A stretch of DNA of 64,000 bases from contig OZ024741.1 of assembly GCA_964016885.1 (NCBI GenBank), positions 247,194,001 through 247,258,000 on the forward strand. Reading direction: 5' to 3'. This document shows positions 11,040 through 23,679 of this stretch, in pieces. Made by a program: the position numbers and the translations under genes. Positions within the stretch are counted from its first letter, which is position 1, and each line of letters begins with the position of its first letter. The DNA comes from Eledone cirrhosa (taxonomy: Eukaryota). Under the pieces are notes generated by a model. That model was given only the letters and a program-made list of their open reading frames with translations, did not search any database and had not been told where the DNA came from.

Positions 11040-14000
11040 TGATTTTTTTTTACAAATTATCTACCCCTGATTTTTTTTTACAAATTATCTCCCCCTGATT
11101 TTTTTTACAAATTATCTCCCCCTGATTTTTTTTTACAAATTATCTCCCCCTGATTTTTTTACAAATTATCTCCCCCTGATTTTTTTTACAAATTATCTCC
11201 GCCTGATTTTTTTAAATATTATCTCTCCTTGGCTGGCGGGAAATTATCTCCCCTTGGACGGCTGGAAATTATCTCCCCTTGGAAGGATGGAAATTATCTC
11301 CCCTTGGACGGCTGGAAATTATCTACCCCTGATTTTTTTTACAAATTATCTCCCCCTGATTTTTTTTACAAATTATCTCCCCCTGATTTTTTTTACAATT
11401 TATCTACCCCTGATTTTTTTTACAAATTATCTCCCCCTGATTTTTTTTACAAATTATCTCCCCCTGATTTTTTTTTTACAAATTATCTCACCCTGATTTT
11501 TTTACAAATTATCTCCCCCTGATTTTTTTTACAAATTATCTCCGCCTGATTTTTTTAAATATTATCTTCCCTTGGCTGGCGGGAAATTATCTCCCCTTGA
11601 AGGGCTGAAAATTATCTCCCCTTGGACGGCTGGAAATTATCTCCCCTTGATTTTTTTTACAAATTATCTCCCCCTGATTTTTTTTTACAAATTATCTCCC
11701 CCTGATTTTTTTTACAAATTATCTCCCCCTGATTTTTTTTTACAAATTATCTGCCGCTGATTTTTTTTACAAATTATCTCCCCCTGATTTTTTTACAAAT
11801 TATCTCCCCTTGGCTGGCTGGAAATTACCTCCCCTTGGAGGCTGGAATTTATCTCCCCTTGGACGGCTAGAAATTACCTCTCCTTGGACGGCTGGAAAAT
11901 ATGTCTCCTTGGACGGCTGGATATTATCTCCCCTTGGACGGCTGGAAATTATCTCCCCTTGGACGGCTGGAAATTATCTCCCCTTGGACGGATAGATATT
12001 ACCTCCCCTTGGACGGCTGGAAATTATCTCCCCTTGGACGGCTGGAAATTATCTCCCCATGGACGGCTGGAAATTATCTCCCCTTGGACGGCTAGAAATT
12101 ATCTCTCCTTGGACGGCTGAAAATTATCTCCCCTTGGACGGCTGGAAATTATCTCCCGTTGGACGGCTGGAAATTATCTCGCCTTGGACGGCTAGAATTT
12201 ACCTCTCCTTGGACGGCTGAAAATTATCTCCCCTTGGACGGCTGGAAATTATCTCCCCTTGATTTTTTTTACAAATTATCTCCCCCTGATTTTTTTTACA
12301 AATTATCTCCCCCTGATTTTTTTTTACAAATTATCTCCCCCTGATTTTTTTTTACAAATTATCTCCCCCTGATTTTTTTTACAAATTATCTCCCCCCTGA
12401 TTTTTTAACAAATTATCTCCCCTTGGCTGGCTGGAAATTATCTCCCCTTGGAGGCTGGAACTTATCTCCCCTTGGACGGCTAGAAATTACCTCTCCTTGG
12501 ACGGCTGGAAAATATGTCTCCTTGGACGGCTGGATATTATCTCCCCTTGGACGGCTGGAAATTATCTCCCCTTGGACGGCTGGAAATTATCTCCCCTTGG
12601 ATGGCTAGATATTACCTCCCCTTGGACGGCTGGAAATTATCTCCCTTTGATTTTTTTTACAAATTATCTCCCCCTGATTTTTTTTTACAAATTATCTCCC
12701 CCTGATTTTTTTTTACAAATTATCTACCCCTGATTTTTTTTTACAAATTATCTCCCCCTGATTTTTTTTACAAATTATCTCCCCCTGATTTTTTTTTACA
12801 AATTATCTCCCCCTGATTTTTTTACAAATTATCTCCCCCTGATTTTTTTTACAAATTATCTCCGCCTGATTTTTTTAAATATTATCTCTCCTTGGCTGGC
12901 GGGAAATTATCTCCCCTTGGACGGCTGGAAATTATCTCCCCTTGGAAGGATGGAAATTATCTCCCCTTGGACGGCTGGAAATTATCTACCCCTGATTTTT
13001 TTTACAAATTATCTCCCCCTGATTTTTTTTACAAATTATCTCCCCCTGATTTTTTTTACAAATTATCTACCCCTGATTTTTTTTACAAATTATCTCCCCC
13101 TGATTTTTTTTACAAATTATCTCCCCCTGATTTTTTTTTTACAAATTATCTCACCCTGATTTTTTTACAAATTATCTCCTCCTGATTTTTTTTACAAATT
13201 ATCTCCGCCTGATTTTTTTAAATATTATCTTCCCTTGGCTGGCGGGAAATTATCTCCCCTTGAAGGGCTGAAAATTATCTCCCCTTGGACGGCTGGAAAT
13301 TATCTCCCCTTGATTTTTTTTACAAATTATCTCCCCCTGATTTTTTTTTACAAATTATCTCCCCCTGATTTTTTTTACAAATTATCTCCCCCTGATTTTT
13401 TTTTACAAATTATCTGCCGCTGATTTTTTTTACAAATTATCTCCCCCTGATTTTTTTACAAATTATCTCCCCTTGGCTGGCTGGAAATTACCTCCCCTTG
13501 GAGGCTGGAATTTATCTCCCCTTGGACGGCTAGAAATTACCTCTCCTTGGACGGCTGGAAAATATGTCTCCTTGGACGGCTGGATATTATCTCCCCTTGG
13601 ACGGCTGGAAATTATCTCCCCTTGGACGGCTGGAAATTATCTCCCCTTGGACGGATAGATATTACCTCCCCTTGGACGGCTGGAAATTATCTCCCCTTGG
13701 ACGGCTGGAAATTATCTCCCCATGGACGGCTGGAAATTATCTCCCCTTGGACGGCTAGAAATTATCTCTCCTTGGACGGCTGAAAATTATCTCCCCTTGG
13801 ACGGCTGGAAATTATCTCCCGTTGGACGGCTGGAAATTATCTCGCCTTGGACGGCTAGAATTTACCTCTCCTTGGACGGCTGAAAATTATCTCCCCTTGG
13901 ACGGCTGGAAATTATCTCCCCTTGATTTTTTTTACAAATTATCTCCCCCTGATTTTTTTTTACAAATTATCTCCCCCTGATTTTTTTTTACAAATTATCT

Positions 14001-14365
14001 CCCCCTGATTTTTTTTTACAAATTATCTCCCCCTGATTTTTTTTACAAATTATCTCCCCCCTGATTTTTTAACAAATTATCTCCCCTTGGCTGGCTGGAA
14101 ATTATCTCCCCTTGGAGGCTGGAACTTATCTCCCCTTGGACGGCTAGAAATTACCTCTCCTTGGACGGCTGGAAAATATGTCTCCTTGGACGGCTGGATA
14201 TTATCTCCCCTTGGACGGCTGGAAATTATCTCCCCTTGGACGGCTGGAAATTATCTCCCCTTGGATGGCTAGATATTACCTCCCCTTGGACGGCTGGAAA
14301 TTATCTCCCTTTGATTTTTTTTACAAATTATCTCCCCCTGATTTTTTTTTACAAATTATCTCCCC
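11040..14365. repeat. Tandem duplication of a 1,663-bp module
   Basis: Marker CTGCCGCTGA at 11751 and 13414. ORF pairs 11229/12892, 11572/13235 and 11810/13473 are all offset by 1,663. Confidence 0.93.
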
Positions 14366-17300
14366 CTGATTTTTTTTTACAAATTATCTCCCCCTGATTT
14401 TTGTTTACAAATTATCTCCGCCTGATTTTTTTTTAAAAATTATCTCCCCTTGGACGGCTGGAAATTATCTCCCCTTGGACGGCTAGAAATTACCTCTCCT
14501 TGGACGGCTGAAAATTATCTCCCCTTGGACGGCTGGAAATTATCTCCCCTTGATTTTTTTACAAATTATCTCCCCCTGATTTTTTTTTTACAAATTATCT
14601 CCCCCTGATTTTTTTTTACAAATTATCTACCCCTGATTTTTTTTTACAAATTATCTCCCCCTGATTTTTTTTACAAATTATCTCCCCCTGATTTTTTTTT
14701 ACAAATTATCTCCCCCTGATTTTTTTACAAATTATCTCCCCCTGATTTTTTTTACAAATTATCTCCGCCTGATTTTTTTAAATATTATCTCTCCTTGGCT
14801 GGCGGGAAATTATCTCCCCTTGGACGGCTGGAAATTATCTCCCCTTGGAAGGATGGAAATTATCTCCCCTTGGACGGCTAGAAATTATCTCTCTTTGGAC
14901 GGCTGGAAATTATCACCCCTTGAGTTTTTTACAAATTATCTCCCCCTGATTTTTTTTACAAATCTCCCAGTGATTTTTAAAAAAAAATTATCTCCCCTTC
15001 GCTGGCTGGAAATTATCTCCCCTTGGACGCTGGAAATTATAGCCCCTTGGAGGGCTTGAAATTATCTTCCCTTGGACGGCTGGAAATTATCTCCCCTTGA
15101 TTTTTTTTTACAAATTATCTCCCCCTGATTTTTTTTTACAAATTATCTCCCCCTGATTTTTTTTACAACTTATCTGCGCCTGATTTTTTTAAAAAAATTA
15201 TCTCCCCTTGGACGGCTGGAAATTATCTCCCCTTGGACGGCTGGAAATTATCTCTCCTTGGACGGCTAGAATTTACCTCTCCTTGGACGGCTGAAAATTA
15301 TCTCCCCTTGGACGGCTGGAAATTATCTCCCCTTGATTTTTTTTACAAATTATCTCCCCCGGATTTATTTTTACGAATTATCTCCCCCTGATTTTTTTTT
15401 ACAAATTATCTCCCCCTGATTTTTTTTTACAAATTATCTCCCCCTGATTTTTTTACAAATTATCTCCCCTTGGCTGGCTGGAAATTATCTCCCCTAGGAG
15501 GCTGGAACTTATCTCCCCTTGGACGGCTAGAAATTACCTCTCTTTGGACGGCTGGAAAATATGTCTCCTTGGACGGCTGGATATTATCTCCCCTTGGACG
15601 GCTGGAAATTATCTCCCCTTGGACGGCTGGAAATTATCTCCCCTTGGATGGCTAGATATTACCTCCCCTTGGACGGCTGGAAATTATCTCCCCTTGATTT
15701 TTTTTACAAATTATCTCCCCCTGATTTTTTTTTACAAATTATCTCCCCCGATTTTTTTTTACAAATTATCTCCCCCTGATTTTTTTTTACAAATTATCTC
15801 CCCCTGATTTTTGTTTACAAATTATCTCCCCTTGGACGGCTGGAAATTATCTCCCCTTGGACGGCTAGAAATTACCTCTCCTTGGACGGCTGAAAATTAT
15901 CCTCCCTTGGACGGCTGGAAATTATCTCCCCTTGATTTTTTTACAAATTATCTCCCCCTGATTTTTTTTTTACAAATTATCTCACCCTGATTTTTTTTAC
16001 AAATTATCTACCCCTGATTTTTTTTTACAAATTATCTCCCCCTGATTTTTTTTACAAATTATCTCCCACTGATTTTTTTTTTACAAATTATCTCCCCCTG
16101 ATTTTTTTACAAATTATCTCCCCCTGATTTTTTTTACAAATTATATCCGCCTGATTTTTTTAAATATTATCTCTCCTTGGCTGGCGGGAAATTATCTCCC
16201 CTTGGACGGCTGGAAATTATCTACCCCTGATTTTTTTTACAAATTATCTCCCCCTGATTTTTTTTACAAATTATCTCCCCCTGATTTTTTTTTTACAAAT
16301 TATCTCCCCCTGATTTTTTTACAAATTATCTCCCCCTGATTTTTTTTGCAAATTATCTCCGCCTGATTTTTTAAAATATTATCTTACCTTGGCTGGCGGG
16401 AAATTATCTCCCCTTGGACGGCTGAAAATTATCTCCGCTTGGACGGCTGGAAATTATCTCCCCTTGATTTTTTTTACAAATTATCTCCCCCTGATTTTTT
16501 TTTTTAAAATTATCTCCCCCTGATTTTTTTTACAAATTATCTCCCCCCTGATTTTTTTACAAATTATCTCCCCTTGGCTGGCTGGAAATTATCTCCCCTT
16601 GGAGGCTGGAACTTATCTCCCCTTGGACGGCTAGAAATTACCTCTCCTTGGACGGCTGGAAAATATGTCTCCTTGGACGGCTGGATATTATCTCCCCTTG
16701 GACGGCTGGAAATTATCTCCCCTTGGACGGCTGGAAATTATCTCCCCTTGGATGGCTAGATATTACCTCCCCTTGGACGGCTGGAAATTATCTCCCTTTG
16801 ATTTTTTTTACAAATTATCTCCCCCTGATTTTTTTTTACAAATTATCTCCCCCTGATTTTTTTTTACAAATTATCTCCCCCTGAATTTTGTTTACAAATT
16901 ATCTCCGCCTGATTTTTTTTAAAAAATTATCTCCCCTTGGACGGCTGGAAATTATCTCCCCTTGGACGGCTAGAAATTACCTCTCCTTGGACGGCTGAAA
17001 ATTATCTCCCCTTGGACGGCTGGAAATTATCTCCCCTTGATTTTTTTACAAATTATCTCCCCCTGATTTTTTTTTTACAAATTATCTCCCCCTGATTTTT
17101 TTTTACAAATTATCTACCCCTGATTTTTTTTTGCAAATTATCTCCCCCTGATTTTTTTTACAAATTATCTCCCCCTGATTTTTTTTTACAAATTATCTCC
17201 CCCTGATTTTTTTACAAATTATCTCCCCCTGATTTTTTTTACAAATTATCTCCGCCTGATTTTTTTAAATATTATCTCTCCTTGGCTGGCGGGAAATTAT

Positions 17301-18369
17301 CTCCCCTTGGACGGCTGGAAATTATCTCCCCTTGGAAGGATGGAAATTATCTCCCCTTGGACGGCTAGAAATTATCTCTCTTTGGACGGCTGGAAATTAT
17401 CACCCCTTGAGTTTTTTACAAATTATCTCCCCCTGATTTTTTTTACAAATCTCCCAGTGATTTTTTAAAAAAAATTATCTCCCCTTCGCTGGCTGGAAAT
17501 TATCTCCCCTTGGACGCTGGAAATTATAGCACCTTGGAGGGCTGGAAATTATCTTCCCTTGGACGGCTGGAAATTATCTCCCCTTGATTTTTTTTACAAA
17601 TTATCTCCTCCTGATTTTTTTTTACAAATTATCTCCCCCTGATTTTTTTTTACAACTTATCTGCGCCTGATTTTTTTAAAAAAATTATCTCCCCTTGGAC
17701 GGCTGGAAATTATCTCCCCTTGGACGGCTGGAAATTATCTCTCCTTGGACGGCTAGAATTTACCTCTCCTTGGACGGCTGAAAATTATCTCCCCTTGGAC
17801 GGCTGGAAATTATCTCCCCTTGATTTTTTTTACAAATTATCTCCCCCTGATTTTTTTTTACAAATTATCTCCCCCTGATTTTTTTTACAAATTATCTCCC
17901 CCTGATTTTTTTTTACAAATTATCACCCCCTGATTTTTTTTTACAAATTATCTCCCCCGGATTTTTTTACAAATTATCTCCCCTTGGCTGGCTGGAAATT
18001 ATCTCCCCTTGGACACTGGAAATTATAGCCCCTTGGAGGGCTGGAAATTATCTTCCCTTGGACGGCTGGAAATTATCTCCCCTTGATTTTTTTTACAAAT
18101 TATCTCCCCCTGATTTTTTTTTACAAATTATCTCCCCCTGATTTTTTTTTACAAATTATCACCCCCTGATTTTTTTTTACAAATTATCTCCCCCGGATTT
18201 TTTTACAAATTATCTCCCCTTGGCTGGCTGGAAATTATCTCCCCTTGGAGGCTGGAACTTATGTCCCCTTGGACGGCTAGAAATTACCTCTCCTTGGACG
18301 GCTGGAAAATATGTCTCCTTGGACGGCTGGATATTATCTCCCCTTGGACGGCTGGAAATTATCTCCCCA

Positions 18370-21300
18370 TGGACGGCTGGAAATTATCTCCCCTTGGACG
18401 GCTAGAAATTATCTCTCCTTGGACGGCTGAAAATTATCTCCCCTTGGACGGCTGGAAATTATCTCCCGTTGGACGGCTGGAAATTATCTCGCCTTGGACG
18501 GCTAGAATTTACCTCTCCTTGGACGGCTGAAAATTATCTCCCCTTGGACGGCTGGAAATTATCTCCCCTTGATTTTTTTTACAAATTATCTGCCCCTGAT
18601 TTTTTTTTACAAATTATCTCCCCCTGATTTTTTTTTACAAATTATCTCCCCCTGATTTTTTTTTACAAATTATCTCCCCCTGATTTTTTTTACAAATTAT
18701 CTCCCCCCTGATTTTTTAACAAATTATCTCCCCTTGGCTGGCTGGAAATTATCTCCCCTTGGAGGCTGGAACTTATCTCCCCTTGGACGGCTAGAAATTA
18801 CCTCTCCTTGGACGGCTGGAAAATATGTCTCCTTGGACGGCTGGATATTATCTCCCCTTGGACGGCTGGAAATTATCTCCCCTTGGACGGCTGGAAATTA
18901 TCTCCCCTTGGATGGCTAGATATTACCTCCCCTTGGACGGCTGGAAATTATCTCCCTTTGATTTTTTTTACAAATTATCTCCCCCTGATTTTTTTTTACA
19001 AATTATCTCCCCCTGATTTTTTTTTACAAATTATCTACCCCTGATTTTTTTTTACAAATTATCTCCCCCTGATTTTTTTTACAAATTATCTCCCCCTGAT
19101 TTTTTTTTACAAATTATCTCCCCCTGATCTTTTTACAAATTATCTCCCCCTGATTTTTTTTACAAATTATCTCCGCCTGATTTTTTTAAATATTATCTCT
19201 CCTTGGCTGGCGGGAAATTATCTCCCCTTGGACGGCTGGAAATTATCTCCCCTTGGAAGGATGGAAATTATCTCCCCTTGGACGGCTGGAAATTATCTAC
19301 CCCTGATTTTTTTTACAAATTATCTCCCCCTGATTTTTTTTACAAATTATCTCCCCCTGATTTTTTTTACAAATTATCTACCCCTGATTTTTTTTACAAA
19401 TTATCTCCCCCTGATTTTTTTTACAAATTATCTCCCCCTGATTTTTTTTTTACAAATTATCTCACCCTGATTTTTTTACAAATTATCTCCTCCTGATTTT
19501 TTTTACAAATTATCTCCGCCTGATTTTTTTAAATATTATCTTCCCTTGGCTGGCGGGAAATTATCTCCCCTTGAAGGGCTGAAAATTATCTCCCCTTGGA
19601 CGGCTGGAAATTATCTCCCCTTGATTTTTTTTACAAATTATCTCCCCCTGATTTTTTTTTACAAATTATCTCCCCCTGATTTTTTTTACAAATTATCTCC
19701 CCCTGATTTTTTTTTACAAATTATCTGCCGCTGATTTTTTTTACAAATTATCTCCCCCTGATTTTTTTACAAATTATCTCCCCTTGGCTGGCTGGAAATT
19801 ACCTCCCCTTGGAGGCTGGAATTTATCTCCCCTTGGACGGCTAGAAATTACCTCTCCTTGGACGGCTGGAAAATATGTCTCCTTGGACGGCTGGATATTA
19901 TCTCCCCTTGGACGGCTGGAAATTATCTCCCCTTGGACGGCTGGAAATTATCTCCCCTTGGACGGATAGATATTACCTCCCCTTGGACGGCTGGAAATTA
20001 TCTCCCCTTGGACGGCTGGAAATTATCTCCCCATGGACGGCTGGAAATTATCTCCCCTTGGACGGCTAGAAATTATCTCTCCTTGGACGGCTGAAAATTA
20101 TCTCCCCTTGGACGGCTGGAAATTATCTCCCGTTGGACGGCTGGAAATTATCTCGCCTTGGACGGCTAGAATTTACCTCTCCTTGGACGGCTGAAAATTA
20201 TCTCCCCTTGGACGGCTGGAAATTATCTCCCCTTGATTTTTTTTACAAATTATCTCCCCCTGATTTTTTTTTACAAATTATCTCCCCCTGATTTTTTTTT
20301 ACAAATTATCTCCCCCTGATTTTTTTTTACAAATTATCTCCCCCTGATTTTTTTTACAAATTATCTCCCCCCTGATTTTTTAACAAATTATCTCCCCTTG
20401 GCTGGCTGGAAATTATCTCCCCTTGGAGGCTGGAACTTATCTCCCCTTGGACGGCTAGAAATTACCTCTCCTTGGACGGCTGGAAAATATATCTCCTTGG
20501 ACGGCTGGATATTATCTCCCCTTGGACGGCTGGAAATTATCTCCCCTTGGACGGCTGGAAATTATCTCCCCTTGGATGGCTAGATATTACCTCCCCTTGG
20601 ACGGCTGGAAATTATCTCCCTTTGATTTTTTTTACAAATTATCTCCCCCTGATTTTTTTTTACAAATTATCTCCCCCTGATTTTTTTTTACAAATTATCT
20701 CCCCCTGATTTTTGTTTACAAATTATCTCCGCCTGATTTTTTTTTAAAAATTATCTCCCCTTGGACGGCTGGAAATTATCTCCCCTTGGACGGCTAGAAA
20801 TTACCTCTCCTTGGACGGCTGAAAATTATCTCCCCTTGGACGGCTGGAAATTATCTCCCCTTGATTTTTTTACAAATTATCTCCCCCTGATTTTTTTTTT
20901 ACAAATTATCTCCCCCTGATTTTTTTTTACAAATTATCTACCCCTGATTTTTTTTTACAAATTATCTCCCCCTGATTTTTTTTACAAATTATCTCCCCCT
21001 GATTTTTTTTTACAAATTATCTCCCCCTGATTTTTTTACAAATTATCTCCCCCTGATTTTTTTTACAAATTATCTCCGCCTGATTTTTTTAAATATTATC
21101 TCTCCTTGGCTGGCGGGAAATTATCTCCCCTTGGACGGCTGGAAATTATCTCCCCTTGGAAGGATGGAAATTATCTCCCCTTGGACGGCTAGAAATTATC
21201 TCTCTTTGGACGGCTGGAAATTATCACCCCTTGAGTTTTTTACAAATTATCTCCCCCTGATTTTTTTTACAAATCTCCCAGTGATTTTTAAAAAAAAATT

Positions 21301-21650
21301 ATCTCCCCTTCGCTGGCTGGAAATTATCTCCCCTTGGACGCTGGAAATTATAGCCCCTTGGAGGGCTTGAAATTATCTTCCCTTGGACGGCTGGAAATTA
21401 TCTCCCCTTGATTTTTTTTTACAAATTATCTCCCCCTGATTTTTTTTTACAAATTATCTCCCCCTGATTTTTTTTTACAACTTATCTGCGCCTGATTTTT
21501 TAAAAAAAATTATCTCCCCTTGGACGGCTGGAAATTATCTCCCCTTGGACGGCTGGAAATTATCTCTCCTTGGACGGCTAGAATTTACCTCTCCTTGGAC
21601 GGCTGAAAATTATCTCCCCTTGGACGGCTGGAAATTATCTCCCCTTGATT
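18370..21650. repeat. Segment duplicating about 12,060-15,340 at offset 6,311
   Basis: ORF pairs 12423/18734, 12892/19203, 13473/19784 and 14820/21131. CTGCCGCTGA at 13414/19725. Confidence 0.88.
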
Positions 21651-23679
21651 TTTTTTACAAATTAATTATCTCCCCCGGATTTTTTTTTACGAATTATCTC
21701 CCCCTGATTTTTTTTTACAAATTATCTCCCCCTGATTTTTTTTTACAAATTATCTCCCCTTGGCTGGCTGGAAATTATCTCCCCTAGGAGGCTGGAACTT
21801 ATCTCCCCTTGGACGGCTAGAAATTACCTCTCTTTGGACGGCTGGAAAATATGTCTCCTTGGACGGCTGGATATTATCTCCCCTTGGACGGCTGGAAATT
21901 ATCTCCCCTTGGACGGCTGGAAATTATCTCCCCTTGGATGGCTAGATATTACCTCCCCTTGGACGGCTGGAAATTATCTCCCCTTGATTTTTTTTACAAA
22001 TTATCTCCCCCTGATTTTTTTTTACAAATTATCTCCCCCTGATTTTTTTTTACAAATTATCTCCCCCTGATTTTTTTACAAATTATCTCCCCCTGATTTT
22101 TTTTACAATCTCCGCCTGATTTTTTTAAAAATTATCTTCTCTTGGCTGGCTGGAAATTATCTCCCCTTGGACACTGGAAATTATAGCCACTTGGAGGGCT
22201 GGAAATTATCTTCCCTTGGACGGCTGGAAATTATCACCCCTTGATTTTTTTTACAAATTATCTCCGCCTGATTTTTTTTACAAATTATCTCCCCCTGATT
22301 TTTTTTTACAAATTATCTAACCCTGATTTTTTTTTACAAATTATCTCCCCCTGATTTTTTTTACAAATTATCTCCCCCTGATTTCTCTTTTACAAATTAT
22401 CTCCCCCTGATTTTTTTACAAATTATCTCCCCCTGATTTTTTTTACAAATTATCTCCGCCTGATTTTTTTAAATATTATCTTCCCTTGGCTGGCGGGAAA
22501 TTATCTCCCCTTGGACGGCTGGAAATTATCTACCCTTGATTTTCTTTTTACAAATTATCTTCCACTGATTTTTTTTACAAATTATCTCCACCTGATTTTT
22601 TAAAAAATTATCTCCCCTTGGAAGGCTGGAAATTATCTCCCCTTGGCTGGAAATTATCTCCCCTTGGACGGCTAGAAATTATCTCTCTTTGGACGGCTGG
22701 AAATTATCACCCCTTGAGCTTTTTACAAATTATCTCCCCCTGATTTTTTTTACAAATCTCCCTGTGATTTTTTAAAAAAAATTATCTCCCCTTCGCTGGC
22801 TGGAAATTATCTCCCCTTGGACGCTGGAAATTATAGCCCCTTGGAGGGCTGGAAATTATCTTCCCTTGGACGGCTGGAAATTATCTCCCCTTGATTTTTT
22901 TTACAAATTATCTCCCCCTGATTTTTTTTTACAAATTATCTCCCCCTGATTTTTTTTACAACTTATCTGCGCCTGATTTTTTTTAAAAAATTATCTCCCC
23001 TTGGACGGCTGGAAATTATCTCTCCTTGGACGGCTAGAATTTACCTCTCCTTGGACGGCTGAAAATTATCTCCCCTTGGACGGCTGGAAATTATCTCCCC
23101 TTGATTTTTTTTACAAATTATCTCCCCCTGATTTTTTTTTACAAATTATCTCCCCCTGATTTTTTTTTACAAATTATCTCCCCCTGATTTTTTTTTACAA
23201 ATTATCTACCCCTGATTTTTTTTTACAAATTATCTCCCCTTGGCTGGCTGGAAATTATCTCCCCTTGGAGGCTGGAACTTATCTCCCCTTGGACGGCTAG
23301 AAATTACCTCTCCTTGGACGGCTGGAAAATATGTCTCCTTGGACGGCTGGATATTATCTCCCCTTGGACGGCTGGAAATTATCTCCCCTTGGACGGCTGA
23401 AAATTATCTCCCCTTGATTTTTTTTACAAATTATCTCCCCCTGATTTTTTTTTACAAATTATCTCCCCCTGATTTTTGTTTACAAATTATCTCCGCCTGA
23501 TTTTTTAAAAAAATTATCTCCCCTTGGACGGCTGGAAATTATCTCCCCCAGGACGGATAGAAATTACCTCTCCTTGGACGGCTGAAAATTATCTCCCCTT
23601 TGACGGCTGGAAATTATCTCCCCTTGATTTTTTTACAAATTATCTCCCCCTGATTTTTTTTTTACAAATTATCTCCCCC

